A stretch of DNA of 64,000 bases, taken from assembly GCA_030835025.1 (NCBI GenBank), contig JAUQWS010000071.1, positions 20,365 through 84,364 on the forward strand, given 5' to 3'. Shown piece after piece: positions 16,820 through 25,227 of the stretch. Under the pieces are notes generated by a model. The model had not been told where the DNA came from and did not search any database. It saw nothing but the letters and a program-made list of their open reading frames with translations. This stretch comes from Ignavibacteria bacterium. GTDB taxonomy: Bacteria; Bacteroidota; Ignavibacteria; Tepidaquicellales; OLB5. Each line of letters begins with the position of its first letter. Positions within the stretch are counted from its first letter, which is position 1. The position numbers and the translations under genes were made by a program.

Positions 16820-19441
16820 ATGAAGGGCAAAATAAACATACTATTTGCAGCAGTCATAATTGTGACCGCTGCGTTAATTTATTACGGGATAAACAGTTTT
16901 GAACCGGCCGGAGTAAAGACGGGTAAGAAACTGAAAACCACTTCGGGTGCATTGCAGTCATTGCAGCTGGTCAATGAGATAAGAGCATATCCGGAACGTG
17001 ATATACCGCAGGATAAATTTTTTGCAGCGTATGAATATTCAAAAAGCTCTATGCAGGAGGTCACCGGCGGTGATAATCCTCTTGACGGCTGGGCATCAAT
17101 CGGTCCGAAGAATATCGGCGGAAGAACTCTTGCAGTCGTACTCCATCCAACTGATACTTCCATTATATGGATGGGCGCCGCTTCAGGAGGTTTATGGAAA
17201 TCAACAACGGGAGGTATGGGACCTGCTGCCTGGAGCATAGTTGAAACCGGTTATCCTTCTCTTGCTGTAAGTTCAATAATTATAGATTCACTTAACCCCA
17301 ATATCATGTATATTGGAACAGGTGAGAATTACGGAGTTCAGTATTCGTTCAACGGAGTAGATGTAAGGGTTACAAGGGGAATGTACGGCATCGGCATTTT
17401 AAAAACGACTAACGGCGGCTTAACCTGGACGAAATCGCTTGACTGGACATACAGCAGCCAGCGTGGTGTGTGGAAAATACTCTTCAATCCAAAGAACAGG
17501 AACGTGCTTTACGCTGCGACAAGTGAAGGAGTCTGGAAATCGAACAATGCCGGCGGTAACTGGACACAGATACTGAATTACGCAATGGCAGTAGATATTG
17601 AAATAAATCCAGTTGATACCAATATACTTTATGTTTCGATCGGTAACCTGACAAACAATATACCGAATGCAAATGTGGGGATCTACAAAACTACCAACAG
17701 CGGTGAAAACTGGGCAGAGCTTACCAACGGCCTGCCTGCAACATGGTCAGGCAAAACTGCTATTGATATTTACAGGCCGAATCCCAACCGGATCCTGGCA
17801 AGTGTGGCAAATGATTTTACATCGATAGGAATTTATGTTTCTACTGACGCTGGAAGTTCCTGGACGCTGCAGCCGGGTACTTCATCAAATTACCTCGGTT
17901 CACAGGGATGGTACACAAATCCTCTGCACATAAAGACAAATGATTCAAGCAAAGTAATGGTGGGCGGGGTTGACCTCTACGGTTCAGTCAGCGGCGGTTC
18001 CAATCTTACAATAAAGTCGTTTTGGAACCAGTGGATAATCGGTCAGATCGTTCCGCCGGGAGGAGTCGAAGGTACGGCTCCTACTTATGCTCATGCAGAT
18101 CACCATGATATATTTTCTAATTACCGCGATCCCAATAAACTTTATATAGCTACTGATGGCGGGCTGTTCCGCTCAAATGATTTTGGCAATACATACTTCG
18201 GCTGCAACGGCGGATATCAGACGACACAATTTTATAATGGTTTTGCCAATTCTCAGACAGATAGTAACTTCTCGCTTGGAGGACTGCAGGATAATGCCAC
18301 TGCAAGATACGAAGGCACGATTGCATGGCGGAAAGTGTTCGGCGGTGACGGTTTCTGGTGCGCAATTAATCCAACGAATAATAATACCGCCTATATCGCA
18401 TATACTTATGCTTCAATATACAGATCAAATGACGGCGGAATAAATAATTTCCAGGGAATTTCTCCGCCAAGCGGAGGAAGCTCATCGCAGTATTGTTTCA
18501 GCGCTCCGTATGTACTTGCTCCTTCAAACCCGCTTGTTATGTATGCAGCCGGTTTGAGTCTTTACAGGTCATCAGTAGGCGGCGGTTCCTGGCAAAATCT
18601 GGGCTCTCTGGGTGTAAAAGCTCTATCTATGGATATATCTTCGACTAATCCGGATACTTTATATATCGGAACAGTCGGACAGATCGGCGGTAATGTTGCC
18701 AAGATCTTCCGCTGGGCAGGCAACACGCTGACGGATGTTTCAGGCGGGCAGATTCCGAACCGTTATGTAACAGATATACATGTTGATCCGAATAATTCGC
18801 GTAACGTTTATGCAACACTTGGCGGATTTGGCACTGGCCATGTTTACAGAACTACCAATGCAGGCGTTAGCTGGTTAGACATAACAGGTAATCTGCCTGA
18901 TGTTCCGCATCAATCGGTTTGCATAGACCCGCTCTATCCTCAGAATATTTATGCAGGCAATGACCTTGGTGTTTACATTACGACAAACAGCGGTTTGAAC
19001 TGGTTTGAATTCAGAACAGGAATGCCGTATGCACTGGTATTCGATCTTAAGATCGTTCAGACAAGCAGAATGCTCCGCGCTGCAACACACGGAAGTGGAG
19101 TTTATCAGCGCGCACTGCTTGAAAACCCGATAGGTATTGTGCAAACAGGTAATAATGTGCCCAAAGAGTTCGGCCTCGGACAGAATTATCCAAATCCGTT
19201 CAACCCTGTTACTACTATAAAATTTGCGATTCCGCAGAGAGGCAACAGCACAGCATCAAATGTGAAGCTTTCGGTATTCGATATTACCGGCAGACTTGTT
19301 GCAGTATTGGTTAATGAACAGCTAAAACCGGCAAACTATGAAATCAAGTTTGATGCTTCTGCATACTCAAGTGGTGTCTTGTTTTACAAACTCGAAACAG
19401 AAGGGTTTGTAGATACGAAGAAGATGGTGATAGTCAAGTAA
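16820..19441 (+). CDS. Secreted BNR/sortilin-type repeat beta-propeller protein with a T9SS C-terminal sorting domain
   Basis: 873 aa with an N-terminal signal anchor. At least 9 SxDxGxxW-like repeats are present, including TTNGGLTWTKS, SNNAGGNWTQI, TTNSGENWAEL, STDAGSSWTLQ, TTNAGVSWLDI and TTNSGLNWFEF. A Por-secretion tail sits at the C-terminus. Confidence 0.85.
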   Translation: MKGKINILFAAVIIVTAALIYYGINSFEPAGVKTGKKLKTTSGALQSLQLVNEIRAYPERDIPQDKFFAAYEYSKSSMQEVTGGDNPLDGWASIGPKNIGGRTLAVVLHPTDTSIIWMGAASGGLWKSTTGGMGPAAWSIVETGYPSLAVSSIIIDSLNPNIMYIGTGENYGVQYSFNGVDVRVTRGMYGIGILKTTNGGLTWTKSLDWTYSSQRGVWKILFNPKNRNVLYAATSEGVWKSNNAGGNWTQILNYAMAVDIEINPVDTNILYVSIGNLTNNIPNANVGIYKTTNSGENWAELTNGLPATWSGKTAIDIYRPNPNRILASVANDFTSIGIYVSTDAGSSWTLQPGTSSNYLGSQGWYTNPLHIKTNDSSKVMVGGVDLYGSVSGGSNLTIKSFWNQWIIGQIVPPGGVEGTAPTYAHADHHDIFSNYRDPNKLYIATDGGLFRSNDFGNTYFGCNGGYQTTQFYNGFANSQTDSNFSLGGLQDNATARYEGTIAWRKVFGGDGFWCAINPTNNNTAYIAYTYASIYRSNDGGINNFQGISPPSGGSSSQYCFSAPYVLAPSNPLVMYAAGLSLYRSSVGGGSWQNLGSLGVKALSMDISSTNPDTLYIGTVGQIGGNVAKIFRWAGNTLTDVSGGQIPNRYVTDIHVDPNNSRNVYATLGGFGTGHVYRTTNAGVSWLDITGNLPDVPHQSVCIDPLYPQNIYAGNDLGVYITTNSGLNWFEFRTGMPYALVFDLKIVQTSRMLRAATHGSGVYQRALLENPIGIVQTGNNVPKEFGLGQNYPNPFNPVTTIKFAIPQRGNSTASNVKLSVFDITGRLVAVLVNEQLKPANYEIKFDASAYSSGVLFYKLETEGFVDTKKMVIVK
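19163..19438 (+). other. T9SS C-terminal sorting domain (CTD) of the BNR-repeat protein
   Basis: The last 92 aa read KEFGLGQNYPNPFNPVTTIKFAIPQ...VKLSVFDITGRLVAVLVNEQLKPANYEIKFDASAYSSGVLFYKLETEGFVDTKKMVIVK. This is the canonical Por_Secre_tail pattern. Confidence 0.85.
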
Positions 19442-19530
19442 TCCCGCTAAGCAGACCTGCCTGCCACAGGCAGGAGAGCGGGACCGCCAAAAAGCGGCGG
19501 AAAGGCAAAAGGCAAAAAAAAGTTTTGTAA

Positions 19531-19558
19531 GACGTCCTGCAAGGACGTCTTTTTTTTT
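19531..19558 (+). terminator. Rho-independent terminator
   Basis: A perfect 8-bp stem, gacgtcct (19531-38) with aggacgtc (19542-49), is followed by a run of nine T. Confidence 0.75.
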
Positions 19559-19613
19559 GACCAGAGGTGATATCTACTTTTTGGCTCCACTTTATACTTT
19601 CCTAATTTTTCCG

Positions 19614-19621
19614 TAAATTTG
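19614..19621 (+). promoter_or_regulatory. Bacteroidetes-type -7 promoter box (TAnnTTTG)
   Basis: taaatttg lies 98 bp upstream of the ATG at 19719. It is the only such box between the terminator and the ATP-grasp gene. Confidence 0.3.
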
Positions 19622-19718
19622 TAATTCCCGCAGGTTTAAATCCCCAAAAATCAATCAAAACCAGCGTTTTTTAAGTGATTTTAGATAAATTAATATATAA
19701 AGGAGTACCTTTCTTAAA

Positions 19719-20807
19719 ATGAAGAAGATCGGAATATTATTCGGGCAGGAGAAAACCTTTCCGGCAGCTTTTGTTGAAAGAGTTAACAAAAAAGCTAAAG
19801 AAATGAATACTGATATCATTGCAGAACCTGTGATGATAGACAAAGTTGTTCAGGGTGAGCCGCTGAAATATCATGTTATAATAGACAGAATTTCTCAGGA
19901 TGTACCGTTCTACCGTGCATTCCTGAAAAACGCAGCATCAAGCGGAACGGCAGTGATAAATAATCCGTTCTGGTGGAGCGCAGATGAAAAATTCTTCAAC
20001 AACGCATTAATGACGAAGATCGGTGTGCCTGTTCCCAAAACAGTAATTCTTCCCTCAAATCAATTGCCGCCGGATACCAATCAGAATTCATTCCGGAATC
20101 TTTCTTTCCCTTTGGATTGGGAAGGAATATTCAGCTATATCGGCTTCCCGGCATATTTTAAACCTCACGCAGGGGGCGGATGGAAAAGCGTTTACAAAGT
20201 ATCAAATCCCGAGGAACTTTTCAAAGCATACAACGAAACAGAACAGCTTGTAATGATGCTTCAGGAAGAAATTAAGTTCGAAGAGTACTTTCGCTGTTAT
20301 TGCCTTGATAGACAGGATGTTTGGGTAATGCCTTATGAACCGAGGAACCCTCATCATTTGAGATATGTCAAAGATGGTCCGCCGATCGATCCGGCTAAGC
20401 ACAAAATGCTTGTTGATGTAGTGCTGAAGATCAACCGTGCACTTGGATACGATTTTAATACTGTTGAGCTTGCATTAAGAGATGGTATTCCGTACGCTAT
20501 AGATTTCTGCAATCCCGCTCCCGATGCAGAGCTGGCTTCGGTTGGTGAAGTAAATTTTGAATGGATAGTTGAAGCAGCCTCCAATATGGCAATTCGCAGG
20601 GCTGTGAATCACCGCGAGGGATTGAACAATTTGACTTGGGGTGACTTCGTATATTCATCAGCTAACAATGACCCGCTTTTAGAAGGTGCTTATGATGAAT
20701 CGGTAAAAAAAAAGCCCGTTAACAAAATAAGCCGTTCACGCAAAAGTAAATCAGCGGATGAAACTGTTAAAGCCGAAAAGAAATCAAAGAAAACAAAAGC
20801 AGCCTAA
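19719..20807 (+). CDS. ATP-grasp family ligase (RimK/glutathione-synthetase-like core) with a Lys-rich C-terminal tail
   Basis: 362 aa. The ATP-grasp-like core includes NNPFWWSADEKFFNNALMTKIGVPVPKTVILP, FPAYFKPHAGGGWKSVYKV, MMLQEEIKFEEYFRCYCL and PYAIDFCNPAPDAE. The tail is KKKPVNKISRSRKSKSADETVKAEKKSKKTKAA. Confidence 0.7.
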   Translation: MKKIGILFGQEKTFPAAFVERVNKKAKEMNTDIIAEPVMIDKVVQGEPLKYHVIIDRISQDVPFYRAFLKNAASSGTAVINNPFWWSADEKFFNNALMTKIGVPVPKTVILPSNQLPPDTNQNSFRNLSFPLDWEGIFSYIGFPAYFKPHAGGGWKSVYKVSNPEELFKAYNETEQLVMMLQEEIKFEEYFRCYCLDRQDVWVMPYEPRNPHHLRYVKDGPPIDPAKHKMLVDVVLKINRALGYDFNTVELALRDGIPYAIDFCNPAPDAELASVGEVNFEWIVEAASNMAIRRAVNHREGLNNLTWGDFVYSSANNDPLLEGAYDESVKKKPVNKISRSRKSKSADETVKAEKKSKKTKAA

Positions 20808-20927
20808 ATAATACAAAGAAAGTGCGTAAGTCAGACATTTTTAATTGACAACGTTTAATTAAATTGTTTGATATATTGCTTTATTAATCATTAATTTATA
20901 GATTGTGAGCTAACTATTACTAAAATC

Positions 20928-22037
20928 TTGGAAAAGCACGTATTCACTTTGGGTATTGAAGAGGAATTCATGCTTGTGGATCCGGAAACCCGCAAGCTGG
21001 TTTCTCATATGCAGCAAATAGTGGATTCCGGCAAGGTGTTTTTGAAGGAACAGATAAAACCGGAAATGCATGCTTCAGTAGTGGAAGTTGGTACTAAGGT
21101 TTGCCGTGATATCCATGAAGCAAGAGCAGAAGTAGTTAATCTGCGCTCAAACCTTTCGGCTCTGGCTAAAGAAGCAGGGTTCAGGATAGCGGCTTCAGGA
21201 ACACATCCGTTTACGCACTGGAACGAGGTCACAATTACCGATCATCCGCGGTACCACGAAATAGTTAAGGAAATGCAGGAAGCTGCGAGGGCAAACCTGA
21301 TATTCGGATTGCATGTTCACGTAGGTTTACCTAACCGCGAAGTTGGAATACAGATAATGAATGCCGTAAGGTATTTTATTCCGCATATTTTTGCTCTTTC
21401 AACAAATTCACCTTTTTGGCTCGGCAGAAACACAGGCTTCAAATCATACCGCGTTAAGGTATTTGATAAATTCCCCAGAACCGGTATTCCCGATTATTAC
21501 GATACTGTCACCGAGTTTGATAATTACGTAAATCTGCTTATCAAAACAAACTGTATCGATAACGGTAAAAAAATATGGTACGATATCAGGCTCCATCCGT
21601 ATTTCAATACTCTTGAATTCAGAATGTGCGATATTCCTATGCGTGTTGATGAAACTATCTGTCTCGCCGCCCTGATGCAGGCAGTTGTGGTGAAGCTATA
21701 CAAGCTGATGAGGCAAAATCTCGGGTTCAGAATATACCGCAGGGCGCTTATCAATGAAAATAAATGGCGCGCAGCACGTTACGGAACCGAAGGGAAGCTT
21801 ATAGATTTCGGCAAGCAGGAGGAAGTAGATTTCAAGATTCTTGCAATGGAACTGGTTTCATTCATAAGTGATGTTGTGGATGACCTTGGGAGCTGGGACG
21901 AAGTTAATTATATTCTGCAGATACTGCAAAACGGCACTGGCGCCGATAGGCAGCTTGCCCAGTGGGATGGCACTCAGGAAGGACTTAAGAAAGTTGTTGA
22001 TTATATTATTGATGAAACACATATAGGTTTAGCTTAA
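20928..22037 (+). CDS. Carboxylate-amine ligase, glutamate-cysteine ligase family 2 (YbdK-like)
   Basis: 369 aa with a TTG start. The conserved FTLGIEEEFMLVD lies upstream of the first ATG, so the TTG is needed. Other motifs: SGTHPF, NLIFGLHVHVG, STNSPFW and LEFRMCD. Confidence 0.88.
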   Translation: MEKHVFTLGIEEEFMLVDPETRKLVSHMQQIVDSGKVFLKEQIKPEMHASVVEVGTKVCRDIHEARAEVVNLRSNLSALAKEAGFRIAASGTHPFTHWNEVTITDHPRYHEIVKEMQEAARANLIFGLHVHVGLPNREVGIQIMNAVRYFIPHIFALSTNSPFWLGRNTGFKSYRVKVFDKFPRTGIPDYYDTVTEFDNYVNLLIKTNCIDNGKKIWYDIRLHPYFNTLEFRMCDIPMRVDETICLAALMQAVVVKLYKLMRQNLGFRIYRRALINENKWRAARYGTEGKLIDFGKQEEVDFKILAMELVSFISDVVDDLGSWDEVNYILQILQNGTGADRQLAQWDGTQEGLKKVVDYIIDETHIGLA

Positions 22038-22074
22038 ATAATAACATTCTAACAAAAAATCAGGATTATTCTTA

Positions 22075-23094
22075 ATGGATCAAATGCATACTGTTGTTGA
22101 TTTCGATAAAGAGCTTTCCGAAGGTGCTTATAATGCAATTAATGTTTGCTTAAGGCTTAAGCCCGAGGAAAGAATTACAATTATCACCGATAACGAATCC
22201 CTTGAAATAGCATCCTCACTTGCAGCAGAAGTAAGAAAAGTAGGCTCACCGATGAGCATTTTTGTTATAGAGGATTTTGCTTCACGTCCGCTGAAAGGTA
22301 TGCCACAGCCGATACTTGAAGACCTTGCCAAATCGCAGGTCAGTATATTCTGCGCAATTGCTCACACTGGTGAGCTGCGCTCCAGAATAGACATGACTGA
22401 AGTTGTAGATAAGCACGGAATACGACATGGACATATGGTAAATATTAACAAGCAGATAATGCTGGAAGGTATGAGGGCTGATTTCCTTGCAGTTGATGAA
22501 CTGAGCGAAAGACTTGTGCAGAAAGCAAGAAAAGCAAAATTAATAAAAATAACATCGCCTGCCGGCACGGATATGCTTTCGGAATTTTCAGAAAATTTAA
22601 AATGGCTTAAGACAAGCGGCATAATATCAGTCGAAAAATGGGGTAACCTGCCCGGAGGAGAAATTTTTACTTCACCTAAGAATGTGAACGGTACTTTTGT
22701 TGTCGATGGTGTTGTTGGCGATTATCTGTGCCAAAAGTACGGTGATCTTAAGAATACCCCTCTTAAAATTGAAATAAAGGATTCGCGCATTACAAAAATG
22801 GAATGCAAAAACAGGGAACTGCTTGAAGAATTTACAGCATATACCATGACCGATGAGAACAGTAACCGTGTAGGGGAGTTTGCAATTGGTACAAATATAG
22901 CCTGTAAGCATGTGATCGGGCAGATATTGCAGGATGAAAAGCTCCCGACAATACACATTGCTTTCGGCCACCCATACTCAGCTCACACAGGTGCAGACTG
23001 GCAGTCAACAACTCACATAGATTGCGTTTCAGTTGATTGCAGTATCTGGCTTGATGATGAACAGGTAATGGATAAGGGAAAATTTCTGATATAG
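22075..23094 (+). CDS. M29-family aminopeptidase (AmpS/PepS/aminopeptidase T-like)
   Basis: 339 aa. Motifs seen: NLPGGEIFTSP, FVVDGVVGD, and GEFAIGTNIACKHVIGQILQDEKLPTIHIAFGHPY, which is the characteristic M29 C-terminal metal-site region. Confidence 0.8.
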   Translation: MDQMHTVVDFDKELSEGAYNAINVCLRLKPEERITIITDNESLEIASSLAAEVRKVGSPMSIFVIEDFASRPLKGMPQPILEDLAKSQVSIFCAIAHTGELRSRIDMTEVVDKHGIRHGHMVNINKQIMLEGMRADFLAVDELSERLVQKARKAKLIKITSPAGTDMLSEFSENLKWLKTSGIISVEKWGNLPGGEIFTSPKNVNGTFVVDGVVGDYLCQKYGDLKNTPLKIEIKDSRITKMECKNRELLEEFTAYTMTDENSNRVGEFAIGTNIACKHVIGQILQDEKLPTIHIAFGHPYSAHTGADWQSTTHIDCVSVDCSIWLDDEQVMDKGKFLI

Positions 23095-23145
23095 AGATTT
23101 AACCCATCATAAGCGAAGTGAACATACCGGCAGTTTGAGTTACAT

Positions 23146-24333
23146 ATGGTACCTGAAATACGAAAGAAATATAATGCAGAGTTCACTCAGGAGAAGTATG
23201 AAGCTTTTGTAAAAGACCTTAATACAACTTTTCCGTTCCCTATTGAGTTCAGAATTGCCGAAACACCCATTTTTATCGGCAAAGAGTTCAAAAGGGAAAT
23301 ATTGAATGCAGTTGAAGTGATCACATCTTACCTTATGTCGGAAGAATACAGGAAGATCTCGCTTAATGCCATTCCAAAAGGAATGGAAGTACCGGGCGAT
23401 CCCGGCTATCCCGCAATGATGGCCATTGATTTTGCCATCTGCAAAGATGAAAACAGTGTGTTAATACCAAAGCTCATAGAACTGCAGGGATTTTCATCGC
23501 TCTTTTTTTACGAGCTGCTGCAGAATTATATGTTCCGCAAACATTTTGATATTGACGAAAGATATGGCGGGCTTCTTAATATCCACAAACCCGATGAGTA
23601 TCTTGATATTCTCAAAAAGGTCATAATCGGAGATTCGAAACCTGAAAATGTAATACTTCTGGAAATTGAACCTGAAAATCAGAAGACTCGTATCGATTTT
23701 GAGTGCTGTAATTCATACATCGGCGTAAAACCTGTTTGTCTTAGCGATATTATTAAAGAAGGCAAAGATCTTTATTACCTGAATGATGGCAGGAGGACCG
23801 GGATAGAGCGTATATATAACAGAGTAATATTTGATGAGCTGGAAAGAAGAAAGGATCTGGAATTCAGTTTCAGCTTCCAGGACGAGCTGAATGTTGACTG
23901 GATACCGCACCCGAACTGGTTTTACAGGATAAGCAAATATTCGCTGCCATTCTTGAAGAACAAATACGTACCCGAAACGAAATTCCTGAGTGATATTAAA
24001 AATTATCCGGATGACCTTGAGAATTATGTCCTTAAGCCGCTGTTTTCATTTGCAGGTGTTGGAGTGGTATTCGACGTCACCAAAGAAGTACTTGATGGAA
24101 TAAAGGACAGGTCAAATTACATACTGCAGAAAAAGATCAATTATGAACCTGTAATTGAAACACCCGACCAGCCTGCAAAAGCAGAGCTGAGACTTCTTTT
24201 TCTGCATGATAACGGCAAACCCTACCTTGTTAATAATCTTGTTCGCCTAAGCAAAGGAAAAATGATGGGAGTTGATTTCAACAAGGAAAAGACCTGGGTC
24301 GGCAGCAGTTTGGCTTATTTTGAGCATCTCTGA
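23146..24333 (+). CDS. Hypothetical protein; possible divergent ATP-grasp-fold amidoligase (glutathionylspermidine-synthase-like / circularly permuted ATP-grasp-like)
   Basis: 395 aa, and I recognise no named family with confidence. Three segments parallel the GspS / CP-ATP-grasp patterns (hhEhNxxxPxxhhE, hhKPxxGxxGxxV, hhQE): KLIELQGFSSLFFYE, VLKPLFSFAGVGVVF and YILQKKINYEP. The functional call is tentative. Confidence 0.35.
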   Translation: MVPEIRKKYNAEFTQEKYEAFVKDLNTTFPFPIEFRIAETPIFIGKEFKREILNAVEVITSYLMSEEYRKISLNAIPKGMEVPGDPGYPAMMAIDFAICKDENSVLIPKLIELQGFSSLFFYELLQNYMFRKHFDIDERYGGLLNIHKPDEYLDILKKVIIGDSKPENVILLEIEPENQKTRIDFECCNSYIGVKPVCLSDIIKEGKDLYYLNDGRRTGIERIYNRVIFDELERRKDLEFSFSFQDELNVDWIPHPNWFYRISKYSLPFLKNKYVPETKFLSDIKNYPDDLENYVLKPLFSFAGVGVVFDVTKEVLDGIKDRSNYILQKKINYEPVIETPDQPAKAELRLLFLHDNGKPYLVNNLVRLSKGKMMGVDFNKEKTWVGSSLAYFEHL

Positions 24334-24506
24334 ACAATTCTATAGCGATTCTGATTAGCTTCAACTCTTGCAAAATTACTAATAATGCATTAATTTACGC
24401 TTGACCAAATTCAGGCTTTCCGTTATTTTGGCCGCTTTGGTTCCCGGAACCTGCTCATCCCAAAGTATTCAATAATCTGTAAATTCAAAAATTAATTTCT
24501 AACAGC

Positions 24507-25013
24507 ATGAAAAAAACAAATCTTTTCTTTCTGTTGATCTTCATTTTCCTATTATCCGGTTGTGATAAGCTCAAAAAACCGGCTTCAGATTCCACTCCGC
24601 CAACTCTGAAATGGAAAGTCTATTTCTTTGAGACAAGTACCGAGCAGGAGGTTACAGGCACAGGTCAGGTAGTGAAGGTCAAAGCCGGCAAAGAAGTGAG
24701 AGTTACGCTGATTGCCGAAGATACGGATGGGGGGGTGAAGAAGATAACATTTGGAGGTGGCACAACATGGGGTTGTATTTCGGGAGGCATTGGGCAGAAT
24801 AAATCCGGATTGCTTACAACCGATGTCCAGAATCTTTCTCCGGATGCAGACGGTTACGTTTTGCCTTCAATTTTCTTAATGAGGAATTTTACAATGAATT
24901 TTGACTGCAGCCCGGGTTATACTTTGAGCGGAGCAAAATATGAGCTTGTTGGACAGGCTGAAAACTATTACGGCGGGACTGCGAACTCTATGCTCTTCCT
25001 GCAGCTTGAATAA
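24507..25013 (+). CDS. Hypothetical lipoprotein
   Basis: 168 aa with a lipobox (LIFIFLLSG-C-DK). The mature part is beta-rich. No recognisable family. Confidence 0.6.
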   Translation: MKKTNLFFLLIFIFLLSGCDKLKKPASDSTPPTLKWKVYFFETSTEQEVTGTGQVVKVKAGKEVRVTLIAEDTDGGVKKITFGGGTTWGCISGGIGQNKSGLLTTDVQNLSPDADGYVLPSIFLMRNFTMNFDCSPGYTLSGAKYELVGQAENYYGGTANSMLFLQLE

Positions 25014-25052
25014 TTCAGTGAGCTGGCAGATCATAAGATTTCGTTTATTCAT

Positions 25053-25083
25053 AATGCCGGATAAAGCGTCCGGCATTTTGTTT
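25053..25083 (+). terminator. Rho-independent terminator
   Basis: The stem pairs tgccgga (25055-61) with tccggca (25069-75) around a 7-nt loop. It is followed by ttttgttt. Confidence 0.6.
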
Positions 25084-25191
25084 AAGTTGTGTTTTGTATT
25101 TTATACTATAGTAATAGTCATTAGTTCTGCATACCTACACCACAAATTTTTAAATTGTTTTTATATAGTTTGCTTAGTACTTTTGTGCTCT

Positions 25192-25199
25192 TAATTTTG
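25192..25199 (+). promoter_or_regulatory. Bacteroidetes-type -7 promoter box (TAnnTTTG)
   Basis: taattttg lies 29 bp upstream of the ATG at 25228. Confidence 0.35.
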
Positions 25200-25227
25200 T
25201 AAATTTTTGCGAACGAAAACCCCAAAA

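Noticed and set aside
20850-20880. An AT-rich near-repeat, tttaatt(g/a), in the spacer between the ATP-grasp and YbdK-like genes, considered as a possible operator.
   Set aside because: The repeat is short and lies in a very AT-rich background. The symmetry is imperfect, so it is indistinguishable from chance.
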